Assembly (NCBI RefSeq): GCF_003334335.1
Contig: NZ_QOWQ01000013.1
Source: Escherichia coli
Lineage (GTDB): Bacteria; Pseudomonadota; Gammaproteobacteria; Enterobacterales; Enterobacteriaceae
Reading direction: 5' to 3' (one strand)
DNA: 64,000 nucleotides
Shown here: one piece after another, positions 46,579 through 57,360 of the stretch
How the letters are laid out: each line of letters opens with the position of its first letter
Numbering within the stretch: the first letter of the stretch is position 1
Notes under the pieces: generated by a model
What the model was told of the DNA's origin: nothing
The model's database searches: none
What the model saw: the letters and a program-made list of their open reading frames with translations, nothing else
Position numbers and translations under genes: made by a program

Positions 46579-48672
46579 TTATACCAACGCGCTCTCCATC
46601 TGTTTTTCAAATGCCTGACGGATTAATCCCATAATGTAAGGAAGTTGTGCGAGGTCGCTGAAACCAATTTCTACATCGCCATTGCCCCAGCGCCCAACAT
46701 TTGTCACATCTTTGGCAATACCTTTCGGATCGACCAGTTCATGAAACTGCATATTAAGCGACAATCGCAGTCGGCTTTTTTGCGGCACAACATCAACAAA
46801 GTTCGTTTCCGCTTTAAACGCAATATAGAGCTTCAATACTTCCTGCGTGATCCCTGCGTCCAGGCGCATAACTTCATCGCGAAGATGATCGAATAACTCC
46901 CGACTATGCGAACCATCAGCAAGAAAAGGAAAATCATTCAGGCTGTAATTGGTTTTGTTTTCAGGCTTCCCCCGATAAACAGCTAAAACCTCTTCAGGAA
47001 GAGCAGGCGCTTGCCAGACCTGAATTGCAAGCTCTGCCAGACGATCGGCTCGGGCGTGAATGGCGGCTTCATCCCATTTTTCGCACTGTCCAAGACCGAT
47101 ATTCAAATAGAGCGGGCTATGTTTAAAGCCGTCTTCAATATCGCGTTTTTCCGCGAAAGGTCTGTCACTGTAGCGGGAGTTATAGCGCGTTAATGTGAGA
47201 TTCCCCAACGTATGCAACAGTTCTTTATGAATGCGTTGCCAGTCACTTCCCAGCTCTTCACGCCATTTAGCCGACAAATTTTCGTTCTGCGGCATAATAT
47301 GTTCAATCGTAAACTCTTCCACGCGCTCTCTGCGTTTATCGTTTTCCAGTCGTCGTAACCAGTAACTGCGACTGCGGAAGTTATAGAGATCGCGAACTTT
47401 TAATTCCCGTTTAAATTCATCATCGTTGGGGAAACGACGATATGAAGGTAGATTCAGAAAATGTACCTGAATACTTTCCAGATAATTTTCTTTATTAATG
47501 ACCTTATAAAAAGTAGCAAACGTCTTGTTAAGAGAATTTGTCGGAATCGCACATACTGCACGGCGGAAAACATAAGATTCAATTAAACGAATTATGTTCA
47601 GGAAATCTTCTTGAGACAAAACGCCATTTTTATAGTCATGATAAAGCGCCAGTAAGAAAGGATACGCCACATCGACCTTTAACTCGCGCAAATCCTGAAA
47701 AGCCGTAGCAAGCGATTTGTCACTTTCTTTTCCCAATGCCATTGCACAGTAATACTCCGCGTAGATGTGAATATCTTCAACCAGCCGATCTACGCCTTTT
47801 TCAGCAACACTCTGGCTGCGGGCATGGAGTTTAAATGCCTCATAGACTTCATCTGTCCGAGGGATCTCCCCTGTTTTTACCGTCAGATAATGACGCATAA
47901 AACTGTCAAAATATTCGCTGTAACCTTGCTGACCAAACGCGACTTCCATTGGACGCCAGTGATCTTCATACAACCGGGTTTGATGCTCTGGTTCGAGGCC
48001 CATCAGAATAAAATTGCGCACCAGATCGGCCTGACTTAACGCCTTACCGGTGGAGTTCATACTTTCAAAAATCAGTTGCGGATTATCCTGACCACGATTA
48101 AGCGCCACATCGACAATTAATAATTTTGCTAACCCACGACATAAGGGAATCAAATCATCCCCGAGTTTGGCAATTTGTTCATCAAAGAAAGTAAAGTTTT
48201 CCATTATTCGATGGGAATAGTTTTCTGGCATTGGTCTTTGTTTTATTAACGCCAGCAAACTGTCTTTATCAGTCTCGGTCAGCAGTAATTTAAATCCTTT
48301 CTCGCCGGACTCATAAGGATTGAGTAAATAATAATTACGCAATTTCATTGCTGAAAAGCCATCAAAAACTTCGTCTTCGCCAAGATGACGCGATAAAGCC
48401 TCAATCAGCAACATTGCGGTCGTCAGCCTTTGTTGACCATCAATGACCAGTAACGGAGAAATACCAGAAACCTGATACAACCCCTGCTCAATATAAACAA
48501 CCGAACCGATAAAATGCGCTGATATATCGTCACGCTTTCCGGCACGAATGATGTCGTCCCAAAGTTGCCGACATTGTTGTTCTGTCCATGAATAAGTCCG
48601 TTGATAAATGGGAATAACAAACTGCTGCGAACGTTTTAAAAAATCGAGTAGGCGGGCTTCTGTAGCTTTCAT
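46579..48672 (-). CDS. DUF262-DUF1524 (GmrSD-like) putative modification-dependent type IV restriction nuclease with unassigned C-terminal extension
   Basis: 697 aa; N-terminal IPIYQRTYSW and LLVIDGQQRLTTAML (DUF262 DGQQR motif); EHIMPQN...LGNLTL (DUF1524 His-Me finger-like); about 140 further residues of unknown affinity; sits where I recall K-12 having mcrBC. Confidence 0.75.
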   Translation of the reverse strand: MKATEARLLDFLKRSQQFVIPIYQRTYSWTEQQCRQLWDDIIRAGKRDDISAHFIGSVVYIEQGLYQVSGISPLLVIDGQQRLTTAMLLIEALSRHLGEDEVFDGFSAMKLRNYYLLNPYESGEKGFKLLLTETDKDSLLALIKQRPMPENYSHRIMENFTFFDEQIAKLGDDLIPLCRGLAKLLIVDVALNRGQDNPQLIFESMNSTGKALSQADLVRNFILMGLEPEHQTRLYEDHWRPMEVAFGQQGYSEYFDSFMRHYLTVKTGEIPRTDEVYEAFKLHARSQSVAEKGVDRLVEDIHIYAEYYCAMALGKESDKSLATAFQDLRELKVDVAYPFLLALYHDYKNGVLSQEDFLNIIRLIESYVFRRAVCAIPTNSLNKTFATFYKVINKENYLESIQVHFLNLPSYRRFPNDDEFKRELKVRDLYNFRSRSYWLRRLENDKRRERVEEFTIEHIMPQNENLSAKWREELGSDWQRIHKELLHTLGNLTLTRYNSRYSDRPFAEKRDIEDGFKHSPLYLNIGLGQCEKWDEAAIHARADRLAELAIQVWQAPALPEEVLAVYRGKPENKTNYSLNDFPFLADGSHSRELFDHLRDEVMRLDAGITQEVLKLYIAFKAETNFVDVVPQKSRLRLSLNMQFHELVDPKGIAKDVTNVGRWGNGDVEIGFSDLAQLPYIMGLIRQAFEKQMESALV

Positions 48673-48768
48673 TCTGACGTCTTTCCGTGAAGCGATGATT
48701 TCGCAATAATAACCACTTCCTTGTGGAGGTTATAGAGAAATCCTGTTTATCCGCGACGAACTGCCCCC

Positions 48769-48933
48769 TCACTCCACATCCTCCCTGCGTAACCCAATAT
48801 CCCTCAACCGCTCATCACTCATCTGCTGTAACACTCGTCGGGTCTGCATTTGCCGCCGCCAAAGCCTCACCGCCTGCCAGAGTTGCACAAGTCCAATAAA
48901 CGGTGCTTTAGCTTTGTTTTCGTGAAATTCCAT
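48769..48933 (-). CDS. yjiS: DUF1127 small protein YjiS
   Basis: Hand-translated (below the track length cutoff): MEFHENKAKAPFIGLVQLWQAVRLWRRQMQTRRVLQQMSDERLRDIGLRREDVE, 54 aa; strong RBS (gaggagg) upstream; 96 bp upstream of the GmrSD-like gene on the same strand. Confidence 0.75.
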   Translation of the reverse strand: MEFHENKAKAPFIGLVQLWQAVRLWRRQMQTRRVLQQMSDERLRDIGLRREDVE

Positions 48934-49109
48934 CTGCTGCCTCCTCATCTTTCAGAGGCTTCATCATCCGCCTTCTGGCAGCTCACAATACAGATGCAAA
49001 TATTAGTTTTATTTAACATACAAACAGGTTAAAACAGCATCTGCATCCGGTTTTTTAGCCTCATCTGTACCGGTTTTTCCCTCTGTATGGTCCAAATAAG
49101 GAATACAGC

Positions 49110-50522
49110 ATGACGCGTTATCAACATCTGGCGACTCTACTTGCCGAGCGGATTGAGCAGGGGCTGTATCGTCACGGGGAGAAATTGCCGTCGGTGCGCA
49201 GCTTAAGTCAGGAGCACGGCGTCAGTATCAGCACCGTGCAGCAGGCGTACCAGACGCTGGAGACGATGAAGCTCATCACTCCGCAGCCGTGTTCGGGTTA
49301 TTTTGTCGCACAACGGAAAGCCCAGCCGCCAGTACCGCCAATGACCCGTCCGGTGCAGCGCCCGGTGGAAATTACCCAGTGGGATCAGGTGCTGGATATG
49401 CTGGAGGCGCATAGCGACAGTTCCATTGTTCCGTTAAGTAAAAGCACGCCGGATGTCGAAACGCCCAGCCTGAAACCGCTGTGGCGGGAGCTAAGCCGGG
49501 TGGTGCAGCATAATCTGCAAACCGTTCTCGGTTATGACTTGTTAGCCGGTCAGCGAGTGTTGCGAGAGCAGATTGCCCGCCTGATGCTCGACAGCGGCTC
49601 GGTAGTCACCGCCGATGACATCATCATTACCAGCGGCTGCCATAACTCGATGTCGCTGGCGTTAATGGCGGTGTGTAAACCGGGCGATATTGTCGCGGTC
49701 GAATCCCCCTGTTATTACGGTTCGATGCAGATGCTGCGTGGCATGGGCGTGAAAGTGATTGAAATCCCAACCGATCCAGAAACAGGCATCAGCGTTGAAG
49801 CGCTGGAACTGGCGCTGGAGCAGTGGCCGATTAAAGGCATCATTCTGGTGCCAAACTGTAATAATCCGCTGGGATTTATTATGCCGGACGCGCGCAAACG
49901 GGCCGTTCTCTCTCTCGCTCAACGTCATGATATTGTGATTTTTGAAGATGATGTCTACGGTGAACTGGCAACGGAGTATCCGCGCCCGCGGACCATTCAT
50001 TCCAGGGATATCGACGGGCGAGTGCTGCTGTGCGGCTCGTTCAGTAAAAGTATTGCACCTGGCCTGCGCGTGGGCTGGGTCGCACCGGGGCGCTATCACG
50101 ATAAACTGCTGCATATGAAATATGCCATCAGCAGCTTTAATGTGCCGTCCACGCAAATGGCGGCGGCAACGTTTGTGCTGGAAGGTCACTATCATCGCCA
50201 TATCCGGCGGATGCGGCAGATCTATCAGCGCAATCTGGCACTTTATACCTGCTGGATACGGGAATATTTTCCCTGCGAAATCTGTATTACGCGCCCGAAA
50301 GGCGGATTTTTACTGTGGATAGAATTGCCTGAACAGGTCGATATGGTCTGCGTCGCGCGGCAGCTGTGCCGCATGAAAATCCAGGTGGCGGCAGGCTCGA
50401 TTTTCTCGGCTTCCGGCAAATACCGTAATTGTCTGCGCACCAACTGCGCTTTGCCGCTCAGCGAAACCTATCGCGAAGCACTGAAGCAAATTGGCGAGGC
50501 CGTGTATCGGGCAATGGAATAA
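49110..50522 (+). CDS. yjiR: MocR-family regulator (GntR HTH fused to aminotransferase-like PLP domain)
   Basis: 470 aa; N-terminal GntR HTH (LPSVRSLSQEHGVSISTVQQAYQTLE), C-terminal fold-type I aminotransferase domain. Confidence 0.85.
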   Translation: MTRYQHLATLLAERIEQGLYRHGEKLPSVRSLSQEHGVSISTVQQAYQTLETMKLITPQPCSGYFVAQRKAQPPVPPMTRPVQRPVEITQWDQVLDMLEAHSDSSIVPLSKSTPDVETPSLKPLWRELSRVVQHNLQTVLGYDLLAGQRVLREQIARLMLDSGSVVTADDIIITSGCHNSMSLALMAVCKPGDIVAVESPCYYGSMQMLRGMGVKVIEIPTDPETGISVEALELALEQWPIKGIILVPNCNNPLGFIMPDARKRAVLSLAQRHDIVIFEDDVYGELATEYPRPRTIHSRDIDGRVLLCGSFSKSIAPGLRVGWVAPGRYHDKLLHMKYAISSFNVPSTQMAAATFVLEGHYHRHIRRMRQIYQRNLALYTCWIREYFPCEICITRPKGGFLLWIELPEQVDMVCVARQLCRMKIQVAAGSIFSASGKYRNCLRTNCALPLSETYREALKQIGEAVYRAME

Positions 50523-50621
50523 ATTCGACATAGTGGCGAAGCGCCTGATTTCCTCTCACGAATAGAGTGTGACTCGTTTTATCTTTGCAGGGTAATCGCC
50601 ACGTTCCAGCATGGCTTAGGC

Positions 50622-50745
50622 AAAGTGCGCTTTGTTCATACCGGATGCGATGTGAACGCCTTACCAGGTCTACAAAATCTTTAAAGTTAAATATATTTAA
50701 TGGGTTATGTAGACCTGATAAGCGTAGCGCATCAGGCTGCTTTGC
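50622..50745. repeat. REP/BIME pair flanking an AT-rich core downstream of yjiR
   Basis: ccggatgcgatgtgaacgccttaccaggtctacaaaa ... ttatgtagacctgataagcgtagcgcatcaggc inverted arrangement. Confidence 0.7.
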
Positions 50746-50764
50746 GTTTGTCATCAGTCTCTGA

Positions 50765-51721
50765 TTAGTACTCGATCCATGGATCGCGCTTGCTTTCAGG
50801 CAAGGGCTGATCTAATGCCTGCATTTGCTCTGCCGAAAGTCCGGTATATCGTTGTATCCATTCAGGATCCGCCCCATTCTGCAACAACAATCGGAGGAGG
50901 CTCTTTTCCCCTTCTTCTTTCCCTTCTTTCCTCCCCCTCTCCCTTCCCAACAGCCATCCATCATTATGAATTCGCTCTGCAATCGTCATTATTCGCTCCC
51001 TGTGTTGTGGCATTCGACGGATAAGTTCGCTGATAAACTCATTAAAACGCGCTTCATCGCCAGTCAGTAAAATGTAATTTAACAGCGCGGTTATCTGGCT
51101 GTCATTAGCGCACCCTGTAACCAGTAATACTGCCAGTTGATCAATAAGCCCCATTAGATCGCGCTGGCGAATATGCTTTTGGATCAACTCCAGCAGGGCG
51201 ACTCTGCGATGCTGCACAATCTCGTCGTCTGGCACGACAGTGACATCCACCAGCGGGAACGCTGCGGTATAAAGCTTCCGTGCGGTAGCCGGGTCGGCAA
51301 ATTCGTCCAGCCAGCACAAAGACCAGGGGTAAGGACTACGGCTACCGTGATAAAACAGCATCGGGATGACCAGCGGTAGCGGCCGGCGTTTATCATGCTC
51401 GATATGGCGCTGCATCACCGCCATGGAATATCGCATCAGGCGAAAGGCCATATGGATATCCTCGCGGCTCTGATGTTCAATCACCACATAAATATAGCCA
51501 TCTCCTTCGCGGGTCTTTACCGACCACAGAATATCGGAATGTAGCGCCCGCAATTTTTCATCGACAAAGCTGGCGTATTCCAGTTTTAAGCTGTCGAGAT
51601 CGCACAGTTCACGTAAATCTTTGGGTAAGTGGATCTCCATAAAATCCCGCGCGGTGTCAGGGTGGGTGAGAAAAGATTTAAATAATGCGTCATGCGGCGT
51701 GCTGGTCGTGAAGTTTGTCAT
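50765..51721 (-). CDS. rpnD: Rpn-family recombination-promoting nuclease (PD-(D/E)xK, transposase_31-like), apparently intact
   Basis: 318 aa [33 protein letters not shown]...; single uninterrupted frame; the gene is split as yjiP/yjiQ in K-12 (from memory). Confidence 0.7.
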   Translation of the reverse strand: MTNFTTSTPHDALFKSFLTHPDTARDFMEIHLPKDLRELCDLDSLKLEYASFVDEKLRALHSDILWSVKTREGDGYIYVVIEHQSREDIHMAFRLMRYSMAVMQRHIEHDKRRPLPLVIPMLFYHGSRSPYPWSLCWLDEFADPATARKLYTAAFPLVDVTVVPDDEIVQHRRVALLELIQKHIRQRDLMGLIDQLAVLLVTGCANDSQITALLNYILLTGDEARFNEFISELIRRMPQHRERIMTIAERIHNDGWLLGRERGRKEGKEEGEKSLLRLLLQNGADPEWIQRYTGLSAEQMQALDQPLPESKRDPWIEY

Positions 51722-52187
51722 GGCGATCCGTCACCTGTAGATAAGATGGCCCGACTGTAGCGACTAACAAAACCATTCTCACCCGGCAATTTCCCATTCC
51801 CCGAGGTGCTTTCCAGGCTATTTTTGTTCCTCTGCAAACGATACATTTTTCCGGAAACAGGCTCGCGTTTTACATTTCCTGTACCCGGCAGATATTCCCC
51901 TTTCCACCGCACTCTTTTGATTAACCGCAAATTTTAATTACACTTAAGGTGTATATTTTCTATGCAACCCATCAATTCAAGAGGTGTAATGTGCTGATGA
52001 CTATTTGTAATCGTTATACATTCTGACCTGGAGTCAGAAGGTATTTCTCTGTCTGTGTGTTCACAGGCAGTGTGGTTGATTACATGAAATTCAGTACATT
52101 TGTCCTTCTCGCCTGCCTTTCGTCATTACCGACGGTATTGAATTTCGTTTTCCCCATTGGGGTTCTCCGGACAAGGAGTTGTTTGTT

Positions 52188-53420
52188 ATGCCACGTTTTT
52201 TTGCCCGCCATGCCGCCACGCTGTTTTTCCCGATGGCGTTGATTTTGTATGACTTTGCTGCGTATCTGTCGACGGACCTGATCCAGCCAGGGATCATTAA
52301 TGTGGTCCGTGATTTTAATGCCGATGTCAGTCTGGCCCCTGCTGCCGTCAGTCTCTATCTTGCTGGCGGTATGGCGTTACAGTGGCTGCTGGGGCCGCTT
52401 TCCGACAGAATTGGCCGCAGGCCGGTGCTGATTACCGGGGCGTTAATTTTTACCCTTGCCTGCGCCGCGACAATGTTCACCACGTCAATGACACAATTTC
52501 TTATCGCGCGTGCAATTCAGGGCACCAGTATCTGTTTTATTGCCACCGTTGGTTATGTCACGGTGCAGGAGGCGTTCGGACAGACAAAAGGGATCAAGTT
52601 GATGGCGATTATCACCTCCATCGTACTGATTGCGCCGATTATCGGCCCGCTTTCCGGCGCAGCTCTGATGCACTTTGTGCACTGGAAAGTCCTTTTTGCC
52701 ATCATTGCGGTTATGGGTTTTATCTCATTTGTTGGCTTACTGCTGGCGATGCCAGAGACGGTGAAGCGCGGCGCGGTTCCATTTAGCGCCAAAAGCGTCT
52801 TGCGCGATTTTCGTAATGTCTTTTGCAATCGGCTGTTCCTCTTTGGCGCAGCAACCATCTCTTTAAGCTATATCCCCATGATGAGTTGGGTGGCTGTCTC
52901 GCCGGTGATCCTGATCGACGCGGGCGGCTTAACAACTTCGCAGTTCGCCTGGACACAGGTTCCGGTGTTCGGCGCGGTGATTGTCGCGAATGCCATCGTG
53001 GCGCGTTTCGTTAAAGATCCGACCGAACCGCGCTTTATCTGGCGTGCCGTACCCCTTCAACTGGTTGGCCTCGCGCTGTTGATTATCGGCAATCTGCTGT
53101 CACCGCACGTCTGGCTGTGGTCGGTGCTGGGCACCAGTCTGTATGCTTTCGGGATTGGTTTGATCTTCCCGACCTTATTCCGCTTTACGCTGTTTTCCAA
53201 TAACTTACCGAAAGGGACCGTCTCCGCATCGCTAAATATGGTGATCCTGATGGTGATGTCGGTCTCGGTCGAAATCGGCCGCTGGCTGTGGTTTAACGGC
53301 GGTCGCTTGCCGTTTCATCTATTAGCCGTTGTGGCGGGCGTTATCGTCGTTTTCACCCTGGCGGGATTGCTCAATCGCGTGCGCCAACATCAGGCTGCCG
53401 AGCTGGCGGAGGAGCGGTGA
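52188..53420 (+). CDS. mdtM: MFS multidrug efflux transporter MdtM
   Basis: 410 aa from [31 protein letters not shown]; 12-TM MFS. Confidence 0.9.
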   Translation: MPRFFARHAATLFFPMALILYDFAAYLSTDLIQPGIINVVRDFNADVSLAPAAVSLYLAGGMALQWLLGPLSDRIGRRPVLITGALIFTLACAATMFTTSMTQFLIARAIQGTSICFIATVGYVTVQEAFGQTKGIKLMAIITSIVLIAPIIGPLSGAALMHFVHWKVLFAIIAVMGFISFVGLLLAMPETVKRGAVPFSAKSVLRDFRNVFCNRLFLFGAATISLSYIPMMSWVAVSPVILIDAGGLTTSQFAWTQVPVFGAVIVANAIVARFVKDPTEPRFIWRAVPLQLVGLALLIIGNLLSPHVWLWSVLGTSLYAFGIGLIFPTLFRFTLFSNNLPKGTVSASLNMVILMVMSVSVEIGRWLWFNGGRLPFHLLAVVAGVIVVFTLAGLLNRVRQHQAAELAEER

Positions 53421-53460
53421 TTTTTGCGCGATCCTACCGTCAGGCTCTATTCTTAACGTT

Positions 53461-54741
53461 ATGAATAAACTCATTGAACTCAGACGCGCCAAAATGTTGG
53501 CGCTCTCTTTATTGCTTATCGCCGCTGCTACCTTTGTCGTTACGCTGTTTTTGCCGCCCAATTTTTGGGTGAGCGGCGTGAAGGCGATTGCTGAAGCGGC
53601 GATGGTCGGCGCGCTGGCGGACTGGTTTGCGGTGGTGGCGCTGTTTCGCCGCGTGCCGATTCCGATCATTTCTCGTCATACGGCGATTATCCCGCGTAAT
53701 AAAGACCGGATTGGCGAAAATCTCGGTCAGTTCGTGCAGGAAAAATTTCTCGATACCCAGTCACTGGTGGCATTGATTCGACGTCACGAACCGGCGTTGT
53801 TGATTGGCAACTGGTTTAGTCAGCCGGAGAACGCCCGCCGCGTTGGTCAGCATCTGTTGCAGATCATGAGCGGTTTTCTTGAACTGACCGATGATGCGCG
53901 TATTCAGCGCCTGCTTAAGCGCGCGGTCCACCGGGCGATTGATAAGGTTGATCTTTCTGGCACCAGTGCGTTGATGCTGGAGAGTATGACCAAAAACGAT
54001 CGTCATCAGGTGCTGCTCGATACGCTGATCGCACAGTTGATCGCCCTGCTCCAGCGCGATAAATCGCGCAAGTTTATCGCCCAGCAAATTGTTCGCTGGC
54101 TGGAGAGCGAGCATCCGCTAAAAGCCAAAATTTTGCCCACTGAATGGCTGGGCGAACATAGCGCGGAGTTAGTTTCTGACGCGGTGAATTCTTTGCTTGA
54201 TGATATTAGTCGCGATCGTGCGCATCAGATCCGCCATGCGTTTGATCGCGCCACTTTTGCCCTGATCGACAAGCTGAAAAACGATCCTGAAATGGCAGCG
54301 CGAGCCGATGCCGTAAAAAGCTATCTGAAAGAAGATGAAGCTTTTAACCGCTATCTCAGTGAATTGTGGAGGGATTTACGGGAATGGCTGAAAGCGGATA
54401 TCAACAGTGAAGATTCTCGTGTGAAAGAACGTATCGCACGAGCGGGTCAATGGTTTGGCGAAACGTTAATTGCCGATGATGCCTTGCGGGCGTCGTTAAA
54501 TGGTCATCTGGAACAAGCCGCGCACCGCGTCGCGCCTGAGTTTTCCGCATTCCTGACGCGCCACATCAGCGATACGGTAAAAAGCTGGGATGCCAGGGAT
54601 ATGTCGCGGCAAATCGAGTTAAATATCGGCAAAGATCTGCAGTTTATTCGTGTTAACGGTACGCTGGTTGGCGGATGTATTGGGCTGATTTTGTATTTGC
54701 TTTCGCAGCTCCCGGCCTTGTTCCCCCTCGGCAATTTTTAG
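53461..54741 (+). CDS. yjiN: DUF445-family inner membrane protein
   Basis: 426 aa from [27 protein letters not shown] within track ORF 53329..54741. Confidence 0.85.
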   Translation: MNKLIELRRAKMLALSLLLIAAATFVVTLFLPPNFWVSGVKAIAEAAMVGALADWFAVVALFRRVPIPIISRHTAIIPRNKDRIGENLGQFVQEKFLDTQSLVALIRRHEPALLIGNWFSQPENARRVGQHLLQIMSGFLELTDDARIQRLLKRAVHRAIDKVDLSGTSALMLESMTKNDRHQVLLDTLIAQLIALLQRDKSRKFIAQQIVRWLESEHPLKAKILPTEWLGEHSAELVSDAVNSLLDDISRDRAHQIRHAFDRATFALIDKLKNDPEMAARADAVKSYLKEDEAFNRYLSELWRDLREWLKADINSEDSRVKERIARAGQWFGETLIADDALRASLNGHLEQAAHRVAPEFSAFLTRHISDTVKSWDARDMSRQIELNIGKDLQFIRVNGTLVGGCIGLILYLLSQLPALFPLGNF

Positions 54742-54856
54742 AAATCCATGAAAAACTAAGTGGCTAACCGCGAGAGAGATCAAATAAACCATACTAAAAG
54801 AATGGTAATAATGTGGCCTCTTTTCATTATCTCCCGTGGTACGGGGAAGGAAAATC

Positions 54857-56008
54857 ATGTCACTTGTCACCGATCTACCCGCCATTTTCGATCAGTTCTC
54901 TGAAGCTCGCCAGAAAGGCTTTCTCACCGTCATGGATCTCAAGGAGCGCGGCATTCCGCTGGTTGGCACCTACTGCACCTTTATGCCGCAAGAGATCCCG
55001 ATGGCAGCCGGTGCAGTTGTGGTTTCGCTCTGTTCCACCTCTGATGAAACCATTGAAGAAGCCGAGAAAGATCTGCCGCGCAACCTCTGCCCGCTGATTA
55101 AAAGCAGCTACGGCTTCGGCAAAACCGATAAATGCCCCTACTTCTACTTTTCTGATCTGGTGGTCGGTGAAACCACCTGCGACGGCAAAAAGAAAATGTA
55201 TGAATACATGGCGGAGTTTAAGCCTGTTCATGTGATGCAGTTACCGAACAGCGTTAAGGACGATGCCTCGCGTGCATTGTGGAAAGCCGAGATGCTGCGC
55301 TTGCAAAAAACGGTAGAAGAACGTTTTGGGCACGAGATTAGCGAAGATGCTCTGCGCGATGCCATTGCGCTGAAAAACCGCGAACGTCGCGCACTGGCTA
55401 ATTTTTATCATCTTGGGCAGTTAAATCCTCCGGCGCTTAGCGGCAGCGACATTCTGAAAGTGGTTTACGGCGCAACCTTCCGGTTCGATAAAGAGGCGTT
55501 GATCAATGAACTGGATGCAATGACCGCCCGCGTTCGTCAGCAGTGGGAAGAAGGCCAGCGACTGGACCCGCGTCCGCGCATTTTAATCACCGGCTGCCCG
55601 ATTGGCGGCGCAGCAGAAAAAGTGGTGCGCGCGATTGAAGAGAATGGCGGCTGGGTTGTCGGTTATGAAAACTGCACCGGGGCGAAAGCGACCGAGCAAT
55701 GCGTGGCAGAAACGGGCGATGTCTACGACGCGCTGGCGGATAAATATCTGGCGATTGGCTGCTCCTGTGTTTCGCCGAACGATCAGCGCCTGCAAATGCT
55801 CAGCCAGATGGTTGAAGAATATCAGGTCGATGGCGTAGTTGATGTGATTTTGCAGGCGTGCCATACCTACGCGGTGGAATCGCTGGCAATTAAACGTCAT
55901 GTGCGTCAGCAGCACAACATTCCTTATATCGCTATTGAAACAGACTACTCCACCTCAGATGTCGGGCAGCTCAGCACCCGCGTCGCGGCCTTTATTGAGA
56001 TGCTGTAA
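54857..56008 (+). CDS. yjiM: 2-hydroxyacyl-CoA dehydratase-like protein (HGD-D family component)
   Basis: 383 aa from MSLVTDLPAIFDQFSEARQKGFLTVMDL; conserved Cys residues typical of the dehydratase component. Confidence 0.8.
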   Translation: MSLVTDLPAIFDQFSEARQKGFLTVMDLKERGIPLVGTYCTFMPQEIPMAAGAVVVSLCSTSDETIEEAEKDLPRNLCPLIKSSYGFGKTDKCPYFYFSDLVVGETTCDGKKKMYEYMAEFKPVHVMQLPNSVKDDASRALWKAEMLRLQKTVEERFGHEISEDALRDAIALKNRERRALANFYHLGQLNPPALSGSDILKVVYGATFRFDKEALINELDAMTARVRQQWEEGQRLDPRPRILITGCPIGGAAEKVVRAIEENGGWVVGYENCTGAKATEQCVAETGDVYDALADKYLAIGCSCVSPNDQRLQMLSQMVEEYQVDGVVDVILQACHTYAVESLAIKRHVRQQHNIPYIAIETDYSTSDVGQLSTRVAAFIEML

Positions 56009-56017
56009 GGAGTGGCA

Positions 56018-56781
<764 letters not shown>

Positions 56782-56785
<4 letters not shown>

Positions 56786-57048
56786 AAGAGTTTTTATTTT
56801 TATTTCACTCCACGGTCGGCGTCATACAAACCCGCAAGGCGTTGCAGGCAGCGGGCATGACTTTTCGCGTCAGCGATATTCCCCGTGATTTACGCGGCGG
56901 CTGCGGGTTATGCATTTGGCTGACCTGTCCCCCCGGCGAGGAAATACAATGGGTGATCCCTGGGCAAACCGAAGCGATATATTGCCAGCAGGGCAGCGAC
57001 TGGCAGTGCGTGGTGCATTACGATGCAGAAGCGTCAACCAGGCAATAA
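56782..57048 (+). CDS. Small Cys-containing protein, possible DUF3343-like accessory partner of YjiL/YjiM
   Basis: 88-aa ORF whose ATG overlaps the yjiL stop (ATGA); MKEFLFLFHSTVGVIQTRKALQAAGMTFRVSDIPRDLRGGCGLC...; family assignment is by recollection of fold-like pattern only. Confidence 0.45.
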
Positions 57049-57360
57049 GATCTTTAAATATACCAACCGGATAATTGGCTGCGCATAATCCTGCATGAAG
57101 GAAGTTGTATTAAATATCTCACCTGCCATGAAATATTTCCCATCCACAAAATGAGCGATTTTTGATAGCACCTTACCATTTTACGTCTAAAATACAAAAT
57201 ACATTTTATTATACTTAAACCCATAATTATGCATAGAGAAATAAAATGATTACCGGGTGAGATAATGATAAAAGATAAGTTTCTGTGCGAAGCTTATCTT
57301 TACCCATCCCCCTGATTATTTTAGATTTAGAAGAACATTTCACAATTCAAGGATAAAAAT

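Noticed and set aside
52057-52242. 61-aa ORF with signal-peptide-like start upstream of and overlapping the mdtM start
   Set aside because: Overlaps the mdtM start in another frame, no recognisable RBS or family; could be a leader peptide but there is no support from sequence alone.
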